NCBI GenBank assembly: GCA_009780375.1
Contig: WRAD01000003.1
Span: 1 to 48,631, forward strand
Reading direction: 5' to 3'
Source of the DNA: Bacillota bacterium
GTDB lineage: Bacteria; Bacillota; Clostridia; Christensenellales; UBA1242
DNA: 48,631 bases
How positions within the stretch are numbered: position 1 is the stretch's first letter; each line of letters begins with the position of its first letter. Shown piece by piece: positions 17,177 through 26,897 of this stretch. The notes below the pieces were generated by a model. It did no database searches. It was not told the DNA's origin and saw only the letters and a list, made by a program, of their open reading frames with translations. The position numbers and the translations under genes are program-made.

Positions 17177-18403
17177 TTACTTTAAGTCTTTTTGAATTCT
17201 AAGAAGTTCGGTTGTGCGACGCTTTTTTGTGGCATGATCAAGTTGATTTGGCATTTTGTCTGCAATGGTGCCACTGCGTCGACTGTATGGAAATATGAAT
17301 GCAGAATTAAATTTAATCGTTTGCATTGCTTTTATCGTTTGTGCAAAATCATCTTCGGTTTCCCCAGGAAAACCACATATTATATCTGTTGTTAAACGAA
17401 GTTGTCGGACAGATTTGTGTGGATCAGATTCTTGATTATGTTTGTTGAAAATTTTGCGTAAATTATCAATTTTTTCGATGTACTGTTCAATTGAATAACC
17501 TCGGTTCATTTGTGCAAGAATTTTATTAGAACCATTTTGCAGCGGCAAGTGTATATTGGGCTCGATTTCCTTGCGTGTGGCAATTAAATGTGCAAGTTCC
17601 AAAGAAAAATCTTTTGGATGAGATGACATGAAATTTACAAGCAAGTTATTATCTTGTAAACTTGCAATTTCAGCAAGTTTGTCACAAAGAACAGTAAGCA
17701 ATTGAACAAAATTAATATTGGTTTGCGGGCATAGATAAGAATTTACATTTTGACCAAGTAAATAAATTATATGTGACGAGTTTTGTTCGGTTGCCAAATT
17801 TGGCTGGTCAAGAGTTTTGACAAGCGTTTCGAATTCAGAAAAGATTTCAGAAGATGGACGAGATATAAGTTTACCCCTGACATATGGAACGATACAATAT
17901 GTACAGTAATTTTCACAACCATAAGTAACGTTAATATAATGTGTATTTGGTTTTTGCCTATCACCACTTGGAACAAGTGAATCAAATTGTGGCATTTCGG
18001 TGCGGTTGTCTTGAATTTGGATAACTCGTTGTTTTTTATTTTGTACGTGCTTGATGACCTGTGATATTATTCCTATGTTATGGGTACCTAGTATTATATC
18101 AAGTTTTGGAAATTTTACTTGCAATTGTTTTGCAATGCCATCACGTTGAGACAAACATCCGACCATACCGATGATAAGATTTCGCCCCTCTAATTTTTCA
18201 CGATGTAATACTGCAAGATGTGAAATTATTTTAGATTCGGCGGTATTACGAACGGTACATGTATTAAATATTATTATATCAGCATTACTTTCATCTTCAA
18301 TACGTACAAAGCCATCTAATGCAAGAAGTGCTGCGATTTTTTCACTCTCGTGTACATTCATTTGACAACCATATGTTTTAATAAAAAATGTCTTTTGTTC
18401 CAT
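17177..18403 (-). CDS. MiaB/MtaB/RimO-family radical-SAM methylthiotransferase, apparently lacking the C-terminal TRAM domain
   Basis: N-terminal UPF0004 cysteines (YGCQMN, NTCTVR, VGCLSQ) and the radical-SAM CENYCTYC motif. The 408-aa protein ends about 35 aa after the radical-SAM domain. Confidence 0.8.
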   Translation of the reverse strand: MEQKTFFIKTYGCQMNVHESEKIAALLALDGFVRIEDESNADIIIFNTCTVRNTAESKIISHLAVLHREKLEGRNLIIGMVGCLSQRDGIAKQLQVKFPKLDIILGTHNIGIISQVIKHVQNKKQRVIQIQDNRTEMPQFDSLVPSGDRQKPNTHYINVTYGCENYCTYCIVPYVRGKLISRPSSEIFSEFETLVKTLDQPNLATEQNSSHIIYLLGQNVNSYLCPQTNINFVQLLTVLCDKLAEIASLQDNNLLVNFMSSHPKDFSLELAHLIATRKEIEPNIHLPLQNGSNKILAQMNRGYSIEQYIEKIDNLRKIFNKHNQESDPHKSVRQLRLTTDIICGFPGETEDDFAQTIKAMQTIKFNSAFIFPYSRRSGTIADKMPNQLDHATKKRRTTELLRIQKDLK

Positions 18404-18455
18404 AGAACATTATAACATAGATTAGAGGCAAAGTAATTGCACATACTATACCAGA

Positions 18456-20837
18456 ATGAAAAAACGAAAGATTTTTGGCGTACTTGCTATTGTCATTGTT
18501 TTAGGGATTGTTGCTTTTTGTGGGACAATTTTCGCTATATATTCAAGCCAAACACTGAGTGTTTCGAAACTTGAAAATCACAGCACTTCTCTGCTTATAT
18601 ATGACAAAGATGATTCCCTTTTAGAAGAAGAATCATCGTTTTTACAAGTTAAAATATACGAACTTCCCACACATGTGCCAATGGCGTTTGTTGCGGTTGA
18701 GGACAAAAATTTTTACAAGCACAAAGGCATAAGTATGGGCAGAATTGTTAAGGCGGCATTTATAAATGTAAAAGCAGGACGAGCCAAGGAAGGTGCAAGT
18801 ACAATTTCCCAACAATTAATTAAAAATACCCACCTAAGCCATGAAAAGACTATGCAACGTAAAATTCGTGAAGCAAGTCTTGCACATAAACTTGAGCGCA
18901 AGTATTCAAAAGATGGAATCTTGGAAATGTATCTTAACGTTGTTTATTTTGGCAATGGAATTTATGGACTTGGAAGTGCAGCACAATTTTATTTTTCAAA
19001 ACCTGCATCAGAATTAACTATGCGCGAGGCGGCAAGTTTAGCATCAATGCTAAAAAGCCCTGGATCATACTGCCCCATTACAAAATATGATAGATTTTCT
19101 TCAAGAGGGGTACTTGTTTTGGGCCTTATGCGTGAACAAGACATAATTAATTCAAATGAATTTGAGATTGCAAGGAACGAGGAAATGAAAATCACCGCAG
19201 ACAAGAGACCTAATTCAATAGCAAAAAGTTATCGAACCGCAACCGCCGCGGAGGCGGCCAAAGTTCTAGATTTAAGTGCAAGTGATTTGGCCGCCTTTGG
19301 GTACAAAGTATATACTTATTACGATGAAGAAGTACAAAAGGCAATAATTGACACGGTAACGACACATGATTATGATATAAAAACAATTAAAGGCAAGCGT
19401 GCAGACAGCGTAGTTATTGCAAGTTCTATTGATGGCGAAGTACGTGGATTTTATACCTCACATCCAAGTTTAATAAACGCAAGAAGAAATTTTGCAAGTG
19501 CAATGAAACCACTTACCGTTTATGCACCTGCGATTGAACTTGGAGTTGTAAGTCCATCAACCTTTATAAACGACGAGCCCTATGCGGCAGGTAATTTTCA
19601 TCCGAAAAACCATGATGGAAAATATCGAGGACCTGTAAGTGTACGAGAGAGTTTGGCAAAGAGTCATAACGTCCCTGCGGTAAAAGTACTTGAATATACC
19701 GGACTTGACAAAAGTATCGAAATTGCAAAACGCATTGGAATAACAAGTTTGGGCACAGCAGAACAAGACGAAAATATGAGTTTGGCACTTGGAAATACAG
19801 CTGGGGGAGTAAGTTTTAATGAACTTGTTGATGGATATTCAACACTTGCAAATGAAGGAACACGAACACATTCAGGGTTAATTCGGATAATTAAGAACAG
19901 AAATGATAAAGTGGTATGGCAGCATAGAAAAGGCGAGAAACAAGCAATTGGTGATGACACCGCATATCTTGTTACTGATATGCTTCAAGATGCGGTTAAA
20001 ACAGGAACAGCAAAAAAACTTGATAATTTACCATTTGATGTGGCTGCAAAAACAGGAACAGCAGAACGTGGTGGAGGGCAACAAACAAATACAGATGCAG
20101 TGTGTGTTGCATACACAGATAATAACGTTTTAATAGTTTGGCATGGTAATGCAAGTATGAAGATTGAAGATGATCTTGCAAAAGGTACAACCGGAGGTGG
20201 CAAAACAACATTCGTGACAAAAGCAATACTTGAGAAAATTGAATCTCTAAAGAATCACCACCATGATAAACAGAATCAAGTTGATAATTATATTGATTAC
20301 TTTGACAGATTCAAAATAGGCATTGCAGATAATGGCGTTAAGACAAGTTTTAAAAGACCCGCAAGTGTTGGAGAATTTGAATTTGATTTGGTTGATGCAA
20401 AAAATGGCAAACTCTCACTTGTAAATGAAATGACGCCACACAACCAACGCATGCGAGATGTGTTTGCAAATAAATTTGCACCAAAGATAACAAGTTCAAA
20501 TTTTTTAAGTGCAACACCTGTCACAGTAGATGGTAAAATTTCAGACAATGGATTACCACTTGTATGGTTTAATACACTTCCTCATCAAACATATGAAATT
20601 TACAAAAATAATATCTTGCAAGAAGTAATCAAAGGTAAGGAAGGTGAATATTTATACTTTGACAAGAATTCAAAAAGCAATGGTACAAGTGAATACTATG
20701 TTACAAGCAGAGTTACAGGCTCGGACCAAACGTATCAAAGTAACAATATCAAAATAATGGTTGATGGGAAATCAAATAAAAACTCTAAGGTTATTGAAAC
20801 CAAGCGAAAAGATACAGGGCGTCAGTGGTTTTTTTAA
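18456..20837 (+). CDS. Bifunctional class A penicillin-binding protein (PBP1A-type) with a C-terminal extension of about 200 aa
   Basis: N-terminal TM, GT51 motifs (EDKNFYKHKG, RKIRE) and transpeptidase motifs SAMKP, SHN and KTGT. Confidence 0.9.
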   Translation: MKKRKIFGVLAIVIVLGIVAFCGTIFAIYSSQTLSVSKLENHSTSLLIYDKDDSLLEEESSFLQVKIYELPTHVPMAFVAVEDKNFYKHKGISMGRIVKAAFINVKAGRAKEGASTISQQLIKNTHLSHEKTMQRKIREASLAHKLERKYSKDGILEMYLNVVYFGNGIYGLGSAAQFYFSKPASELTMREAASLASMLKSPGSYCPITKYDRFSSRGVLVLGLMREQDIINSNEFEIARNEEMKITADKRPNSIAKSYRTATAAEAAKVLDLSASDLAAFGYKVYTYYDEEVQKAIIDTVTTHDYDIKTIKGKRADSVVIASSIDGEVRGFYTSHPSLINARRNFASAMKPLTVYAPAIELGVVSPSTFINDEPYAAGNFHPKNHDGKYRGPVSVRESLAKSHNVPAVKVLEYTGLDKSIEIAKRIGITSLGTAEQDENMSLALGNTAGGVSFNELVDGYSTLANEGTRTHSGLIRIIKNRNDKVVWQHRKGEKQAIGDDTAYLVTDMLQDAVKTGTAKKLDNLPFDVAAKTGTAERGGGQQTNTDAVCVAYTDNNVLIVWHGNASMKIEDDLAKGTTGGGKTTFVTKAILEKIESLKNHHHDKQNQVDNYIDYFDRFKIGIADNGVKTSFKRPASVGEFEFDLVDAKNGKLSLVNEMTPHNQRMRDVFANKFAPKITSSNFLSATPVTVDGKISDNGLPLVWFNTLPHQTYEIYKNNILQEVIKGKEGEYLYFDKNSKSNGTSEYYVTSRVTGSDQTYQSNNIKIMVDGKSNKNSKVIETKRKDTGRQWFF

Positions 20838-20841
20838 TTAA

Positions 20842-21048
20842 CTATAAATTGCCCCATCCATCAGGATCAACATCATAATCTCTTATATAGGCACTTGTTT
20901 CTTTTGTTTCTACTTGTGGAAAAGATCCCCGTCTGTTACTTCCTAACAATCCTAATCCTTCTTCCCTATATAAATCCGCATCTTCAGGATAATACTCATC
21001 GTATTCTGGATCGTCAAATGCGGTTACTGGATACAAAAATGCACTCAT
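20842..21048 (-). CDS. Small acidic hypothetical protein (68 aa)
   Basis: SD AGGGAGA upstream of the ATG. Convergent with PBP1A, with 4 nt between the stops. D/E/Y-rich and no recognised motif. Confidence 0.4.
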   Translation of the reverse strand: MSAFLYPVTAFDDPEYDEYYPEDADLYREEGLGLLGSNRRGSFPQVETKETSAYIRDYDVDPDGWGNL

Positions 21049-21126
21049 TACTTTAATTCTCCCTTTTTGATTTATTTCTAGAATAAGTAATTAGAAACGG
21101 AAATTTCTGAAATACTTTGTCGATTC

Positions 21127-21849
21127 CTAGTCTTCTGTGAAGAAACCAGCAAATGCAGGTTCTGTGGCAATTTGTCGAATAATTTCGATTGCATGTTTTT
21201 CAATACGGGATATGTAACTCCGTGATATACCAAGTTTACTTGCAACTTCTCTTTGAGGAAGTGCAATATTATTTTCAAGTCCATATCGAAGTTTTATAAT
21301 TGTGAATTCCCGTTCATTAAGACGTTTTTTCATCTCTCCAATAAGTTTACGAGTCATAAGTGTTTGCATTTGCGTATGCTTTGGGTCTTCTCCGTCATCG
21401 GGAATTATATCCGCAAGAACAAGTTCCGACCCATCTCTGTCCGAACCAAATGTCTCTGCAAGTGATCCTACCTGTTGATGCTTTTTTGAAACCCTTAAAA
21501 ACATTAAAATCTCATTTTCTATACAACGTGCGGCATAGGTTGAAATTTGTGTTCCCTTTTCAAGTTTGAAAGAATTGATCGCCTTGATAAGGCCTATACT
21601 TCCACAGCTTATAAGATCGTCTGCCTCGGCCGCTCCATTATATTTTTTCACAACATGAGCAACAAGTCTCAGATTATGTTTTATTAAAATCTCTTTTGCT
21701 TGCATATCACCATCATGAAAACGACGCATGTAAATTTCTTCATCTTGTTTGGACAGTGGTTTTGGAAAGCTTGATTTCTCTGCTACCATGCCAGAGAAGA
21801 AAAGAACCTTTCCAAGAAAAGTCAAAAATGGCTCGAAAATCATAGCCAT
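21127..21849 (-). CDS. sigK: Sporulation sigma factor, pro-sigma-K type
   Basis: Hydrophobic pro-sequence [37 protein letters not shown] and [23 protein letters not shown] are closer to B. subtilis SigK ([38 protein letters not shown]) than to SigE. The gene is uninterrupted (no skin-like insert). Confidence 0.75.
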   Translation of the reverse strand: [240 protein letters not shown]

Positions 21850-21891
21850 TCTTATGCAGACATTTGTCGAAATGTGTCAGTTGTTTTTTCA

Positions 21892-21932
21892 AGTCTAGGA
21901 ATTATACATTCGTGGACATTAAGGAAAGGATT
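21892..21932 (+). repeat. Intergenic repeat, copy B (agtctaggaattatacattcgtggacattaaggaaaggatt)
   Basis: Matches 14377..14418. It lies between the stop of the 944-aa gene and the sigK start. Confidence 0.8.
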
Positions 21933-21968
21933 CATGATTCGCTTGTGCGAACTGGTCTAAAATAAACT

Positions 21969-24803
21969 TTATGTTGAGTTCTTATTTTGCTTGGCACCTT
22001 TTCTCTTTGATGCCAGTGTAACTATAAAGGCTATGAACATAAATGTTGCAAGAATTCCTACCACTATTAATGCAATTCCTATTCCGTTTAAAAAGTTATT
22101 GTCTGGTTCTTGTCCTTGATATGGCGGTTCTATTGTGCCTATATTAATATCGGTGCGTATTCCATTTATTACAAGGTATCCATCCTCATCAACCGTTATT
22201 GTAAGTGGTGGCGGATTAACATTATGTTCGGTTATGATTCCGTTTACAACGACATAGCCATCGCTGTTTACCGTTATTATTGGATCTTGTTGGATGACAT
22301 TGTGTTCGGTTACTACATCGTTTACTACCACATACCCTTCATTGTTTATTGTTATTGTTGGTACTCGTTGTGAAACATTGTATTCGGTTGGTGTGCCGTT
22401 TACTACGACATATCCGTCGCTGTTTATCGTTATTACAGGTTCTGATTGATTAACATTATGTTCGGTTGGCACGCCGTTGACCACCACATAGCCATCGGCA
22501 TTAACGGTGATAACCGGGCCGAGTGGGTCTGGGTTTATGTTATGTTCGGTTATGATTCCGTTTACTACGACATAGCCATCACTGTTTACCGTTACAACTG
22601 GATCTTGTTGGATGACGTTATGTTCGGTTACTACATCGTTTACTACCACATACCCTTCACCGTTTATTGTTATTGTTGGTGTGGGTGGGGTGATGTTGAT
22701 GTATTCGCCGTCTGTTCCTATTGCTCGTTCGCCATTAATGCGAATGTAACCTTGATCATCAATAACGATTGTCATACCTGGTGGTTGTGCAATTGTGAAT
22801 GGCATGCGTTCACTTGGTGCAGAAATTGGCCAGCCTCCTATTTGGTCAAGAACCTCTATCGATACATAATAATCGCCTGGTGGTAACCCTAGTTGATCTA
22901 GATTTCGTGGTGGGTATTGCGCATCGACAAGCAAACGATTACCGGTGCGTGTACATAGAATTGTTAGACGATACCCACCTGGATTCGTGCCTGGGGTCCA
23001 ATCAAGTATATTTCCATCGTCATCTTGGTCGGGGAAAACGATGGTTGGTGGTGGTTCTGGATTAATTGCCGGAATACCAGGGTTGTAATATACCGCAAAC
23101 AATTCTCGGTTTTCGGTTATGTTTACAAAAGGACCATTTCCGATGTGGTCCGGGTGATAGTTTTGGAATGGATGATATTCAACAATACGACCATTTGCAT
23201 TTGCTTGGCTTGTTGCCCAGCCAATAAATTGCGAGTTACCAAAACTTGCTTCTGTGAATAAAGGCGAAGTACCTACCACAAATTCTTCCCCTTCATGGAT
23301 TTGAAATGTTTGTGATGGTCGGTTTGTTATCCCGTGCATAGGTGCGTTTCTTTGCAAGATTAATCGGTGTGGGGCCTCGGTACGATTAGCTTCGTCAAAT
23401 ATTGGACGTTGCAACACAGGGAATCCATCGGGCGAACCTTGCATTGTCCAAACATTTGCAAAGTTCCAACCCATTTGTGCGGTATAGTTAGATTGCGTTG
23501 TAAACCAGGTGTGGTTATGTGTGCCAGCAACAGTATTGTTAACAGTAACCGCGTGAGTTGTTGGTGTACCTGTGGCGGCCGTTAAAGTTTGTGGTGTAAT
23601 TACACGATTTCCAGATGAAGAAGTGGTTGGTGGACTTTCCCAGCTTACCATTGTTGAAATGATTGATGATCGTCTTCTTGGTGAATTTGATGACGAAATA
23701 AGTGGGGAAACAATTGCATTATTATTTGCTGTAATAGATGCTTGATTTGAACCGAATACTGCACCAATTCCGGCCGCCGATGCAAGTCGAAAAGTGGCAG
23801 AATTCACAGCTGTATTTTCAATTGAAGATACAATAAGATTTCTATTTACTTGTAATGACGTTATTCCGCTTGGATTTGTTACATTCCAATTATGCATGAT
23901 TCCAACTATTCCACCAACTGAGACATCACCAGATGTAGAGGTACCACTTACAAATACACGCCCACGGACACTTGAATCTTGGACAGTAACATTAGACAGT
24001 CGCTGCATAGTTCCAATAATACCTCCGACGTATAATGCCTCACTTGATGATTGAGCCGCAAGTTCAATTATGCTGTTGACTTGTACCCTTGAAATTACTA
24101 TAACTGCCGATCCATTTACAAGATTAACAATTCCGCCCGTACCTATGGTCGCACGCCGTATTGTGCCAGATATAGATGAATCGGAAATCGTGTTATTGAT
24201 GCCTGAAACATTACTGATAAGCCCATGTGCCGAGGTTCCATTAAAATGAACGTTTGAAATATTTCCTGTTGTCATTGTACCTGCTAACATGGCATGATTT
24301 GAATTGGCACCTGTTATACGAAGGTTGCGCACCGTTCCGTTGTTTACAAGTTCAAAAAATGCCCTGTTTGATACAAGCCCTAGTATTTCATGATTTTGCC
24401 CATCTAATGTTCCATTGAACTGGGAAATTGTAATCCATTCACGAGCAGACAAATTTATATCGTTGCCAAGTTTAATTACTTGTCCAGAAAAATTTCGCAC
24501 ATTTGCCGCACGTGTCGTGTCATTTGCAATATTGGCAAGCCCTGCAAGTTCACGAGCATTAGAAATTAGATAAGGATGTTGAGCGGTTCCACGATTTGGA
24601 AACAAATCAAACCAATCTGTACAAAAATGTCCAGCGTCTTGCCATGTGCCTGTTGGTCCATCTGTTGCAGCCCTAGACGAACCTGAGACCGATATCAAAA
24701 CACCACCTGCCGCAATACAGAGCATCAATACAAAGGCCATTACAAAATAGCCGAGTTTACGTGCCTCCCAATTTGTTACTCTTGAATAGCGATTTACACT
24801 CAT
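21969..24803 (-). CDS. Large cell-surface protein: signal/TM, GLUG-type beta-helix region, Flg_new-like repeat, tandem 26-aa repeats, C-terminal TM anchor
   Basis: N-terminal hydrophobic segment. The stretch ISNARELAGLANI...VIKLGNDINLSAREWITISQFNGTLDGQNHEILGL is typical of GLUG-motif beta-helix adhesins. FIGWATS...ELFAVY is an InlB-B-type repeat. The repeats are ITVNxDGYVVVNGxxTEHNV. The C-terminus is GIALIVVGILATFMFIAFIVTLASKRKG. Confidence 0.8.
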   Translation of the reverse strand: MSVNRYSRVTNWEARKLGYFVMAFVLMLCIAAGGVLISVSGSSRAATDGPTGTWQDAGHFCTDWFDLFPNRGTAQHPYLISNARELAGLANIANDTTRAANVRNFSGQVIKLGNDINLSAREWITISQFNGTLDGQNHEILGLVSNRAFFELVNNGTVRNLRITGANSNHAMLAGTMTTGNISNVHFNGTSAHGLISNVSGINNTISDSSISGTIRRATIGTGGIVNLVNGSAVIVISRVQVNSIIELAAQSSSEALYVGGIIGTMQRLSNVTVQDSSVRGRVFVSGTSTSGDVSVGGIVGIMHNWNVTNPSGITSLQVNRNLIVSSIENTAVNSATFRLASAAGIGAVFGSNQASITANNNAIVSPLISSSNSPRRRSSIISTMVSWESPPTTSSSGNRVITPQTLTAATGTPTTHAVTVNNTVAGTHNHTWFTTQSNYTAQMGWNFANVWTMQGSPDGFPVLQRPIFDEANRTEAPHRLILQRNAPMHGITNRPSQTFQIHEGEEFVVGTSPLFTEASFGNSQFIGWATSQANANGRIVEYHPFQNYHPDHIGNGPFVNITENRELFAVYYNPGIPAINPEPPPTIVFPDQDDDGNILDWTPGTNPGGYRLTILCTRTGNRLLVDAQYPPRNLDQLGLPPGDYYVSIEVLDQIGGWPISAPSERMPFTIAQPPGMTIVIDDQGYIRINGERAIGTDGEYINITPPTPTITINGEGYVVVNDVVTEHNVIQQDPVVTVNSDGYVVVNGIITEHNINPDPLGPVITVNADGYVVVNGVPTEHNVNQSEPVITINSDGYVVVNGTPTEYNVSQRVPTITINNEGYVVVNDVVTEHNVIQQDPIITVNSDGYVVVNGIITEHNVNPPPLTITVDEDGYLVINGIRTDINIGTIEPPYQGQEPDNNFLNGIGIALIVVGILATFMFIAFIVTLASKRKGAKQNKNST
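22137..22775 (-). repeat. In-frame tandem coding repeats (8 units of about 21-34 aa; units 1-2 nearly identical to units 5-6)
   Basis: Unit boundaries derived from the translation are 22137..22199, 22200..22277, 22278..22355, 22356..22433, 22434..22511, 22512..22595, 22596..22673, plus a degenerate unit at 22674..22775. DNA around 22281 and around 22601 is near-identical. Confidence 0.85.
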
Positions 24804-24850
24804 AATTTACCCCTCATTTGTTAGTATCTATATTTTTAATATACTTTATA

Positions 24851-25353
24851 CTACAAATAAGTCAAATGTTTTTTACAGTACTTCGACAAAATTTGCATGT
24901 GAAGTATTATGTTTCCGCGTTTTGGGTTTGTGTAATCATATTCAATGGCAAGTATTTGACCAATTTGAAATGGCTTTTGTCGCCCAAACCAACGAGCAAT
25001 TGAATTAATGTCGTTAATTGAATCCCAATTTTCTTCGTCAGAAAGGGCAACACGTGCCTTTATTCTTTGTGGTTTGTCATCAATCATGATATCCAGATGT
25101 ACATTAAATATAGGTCTTCGTCTGTTTACAAATACCCCCATGATGTTGTGTAACTTCCCAAATATTTACATTTAATAACTGTGCCATCGATTACTTTACG
25201 GTTTTCAGGTGGGATTTGAATATTGGTAATCTGCATTTTTTTATTAAGTAAAAATAAAAGGATAATGACCACAACAAGTAAAATTATCACACCAAGCACG
25301 GCAAATATGGGCACGATAATATCGACTGCATTAAGCATTGAAACTGTGTTCAT
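24851..25353 (-). pseudogene. Frameshifted gene for a TM-anchored small beta-domain protein (DUF3592-like architecture), or a homopolymer sequencing error
   Basis: ORFs 25353..25126 (TM plus start of the domain) and 25141..24851 overlap by 16 nt in different frames at a G5 run (C5 on plus, 25135..25139). Adding one G fuses them to ...YTTSWGVFVNRRRPIFNV... Confidence 0.5.
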
Positions 25354-25398
25354 GATAAATCATTATACAACAAAAAAAGAGCGTAATGCTCTCTTTTA

Positions 25399-26871
25399 TT
25401 AAAGTAATATACAGATTATTCCGCCACGTCCATTGTTTACAATTTTTGTAAGCGTACGCTTCATTTTACGCTTTGCTTCTTGTGGCATTTGTGCGGCCTT
25501 TGTTGATATGCCTTCTGTTACAAGTGATTCAAGTGATTTACCAAATATTGGTGTTTGCCAAAGTGCATTTGCGTCTTTATCATATTCTGCACGAATGAGT
25601 TTAAGCATCTCTTCAGATTGTTCTTTTGAGCCAATTGCAGGAGCAATTTCTGTTTGAACGTCTACCCTGACTAGATGAAGTGATGGTGCAGACGCACGGA
25701 ACTTTATACCATGGCTCTTTCCACTTTTGAAAAGTGCGGGTGCTTCCAACGTAAAGTCTTGGAATGATGGGGCAACAACACCATAGCCACTCTCTTTTGC
25801 ACTTGTAAGTGCGGTACGAAGTCGGTCATATTCACTCTTTACATCACCAAAGTGTTTTATAAAGGCAACAAGTTGTGCATCACTTTGAATTGTTGTACCA
25901 CTTTGAACAGACAACACATTAAAGTAAAGATTATCGGCGGCAACCACATTATAGGTCACAATTCCGGTTGCGATATCAATATGCGTTGTTTCAAGTGCGG
26001 TAAAGTTTGCTGACTTTTCAAAAACCTTTGATGTATCATTATCGGCAAGACGTTTTACACTTGCTGTGTGTCGTTTAAGGGCTTCGATTGCTTCGGCAAT
26101 TATATCATGGTTTCTGTCAAGTACGGTAAGCCAGCCTGGCATGGTTACCCTGAAGCCATTTACAGGGAATTCGGCAAGTAATGATGCAAAAATTTGATTT
26201 ACTTGGGTATCCCCCATGGTCGCCACATTAATTGGAAGAACGGAAATTGTGTGCTTTCGTGCGATATCACTTGCAAGTGTTTGACATTCTTGCGAATGTG
26301 GTTCTTTACTGTTCACAACAACTATGAAAGGTTTACCAAGTTTTTTAAGTTGTGCGATTACCCTTTCTTCTGCTTTTACATAATTATCCCTTGGTATATC
26401 GGTTACCGTGCCATCGGTTGTCATTACCACCGCAATTGTACTGTGTTCGGTTATCACTTTCTTTGTTCCAATTTCTGCCGCTTTTTCGAATGGCATTTCG
26501 GTATCTGACCAAGGTGTTTTAACAAGCCTTGGCCTTTCTCCATCAAGATGACCACTTGCACCCGGAACCATGTATCCAACACAGTCAACCATACGAACAC
26601 GCATTGCGGCGGATCCAATTTTAATGTTTACCGCACTTGCAGGTACAAATTTGGGTTGCGTGGTCATAATTGTTACCCCATCGGCAGACTGTGGTAATTC
26701 ATCGACTACCCGGTTTCTTTCGTCTTTATTCTCTACCTTGGGCACGATATGACTTTGCATAAAACGTGTGATGAAAGTAGATTTTCCTGTACGGACAGGC
26801 CCTACCACGCCTATGTAAATGTCCCCGTTCGTTCGTGTTGCGATGTCGTGAAAGATTTGTGTGTTTGCCAT
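25399..26871 (-). CDS. spoIVA: Stage IV sporulation protein A (spore coat basement-layer ATPase)
   Basis: MANTQIFHDIATRTNGDIYIGVVGPVRTGKSTFI aligns residue by residue with B. subtilis SpoIVA (DIFKDIAERTGGDIYLGVVGAVRTGKSTFI). The C-terminus NNGRGGIICILL compares with NEGSGGLIAIIL. The ORF-track start at 26898 is a TTG. Confidence 0.92.
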   Translation of the reverse strand: MANTQIFHDIATRTNGDIYIGVVGPVRTGKSTFITRFMQSHIVPKVENKDERNRVVDELPQSADGVTIMTTQPKFVPASAVNIKIGSAAMRVRMVDCVGYMVPGASGHLDGERPRLVKTPWSDTEMPFEKAAEIGTKKVITEHSTIAVVMTTDGTVTDIPRDNYVKAEERVIAQLKKLGKPFIVVVNSKEPHSQECQTLASDIARKHTISVLPINVATMGDTQVNQIFASLLAEFPVNGFRVTMPGWLTVLDRNHDIIAEAIEALKRHTASVKRLADNDTSKVFEKSANFTALETTHIDIATGIVTYNVVAADNLYFNVLSVQSGTTIQSDAQLVAFIKHFGDVKSEYDRLRTALTSAKESGYGVVAPSFQDFTLEAPALFKSGKSHGIKFRASAPSLHLVRVDVQTEIAPAIGSKEQSEEMLKLIRAEYDKDANALWQTPIFGKSLESLVTEGISTKAAQMPQEAKRKMKRTLTKIVNNGRGGIICILL

Positions 26872-26897
26872 TGACTTGTTTCGCCTCCTATTGTTCA

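Noticed and set aside
22137-22775. A regular direct-repeat array that might be mistaken for a CRISPR array
   Set aside because: The repeats are contiguous with no unique spacers, are in frame inside a long ORF, and translate to a conserved 26-aa protein repeat.
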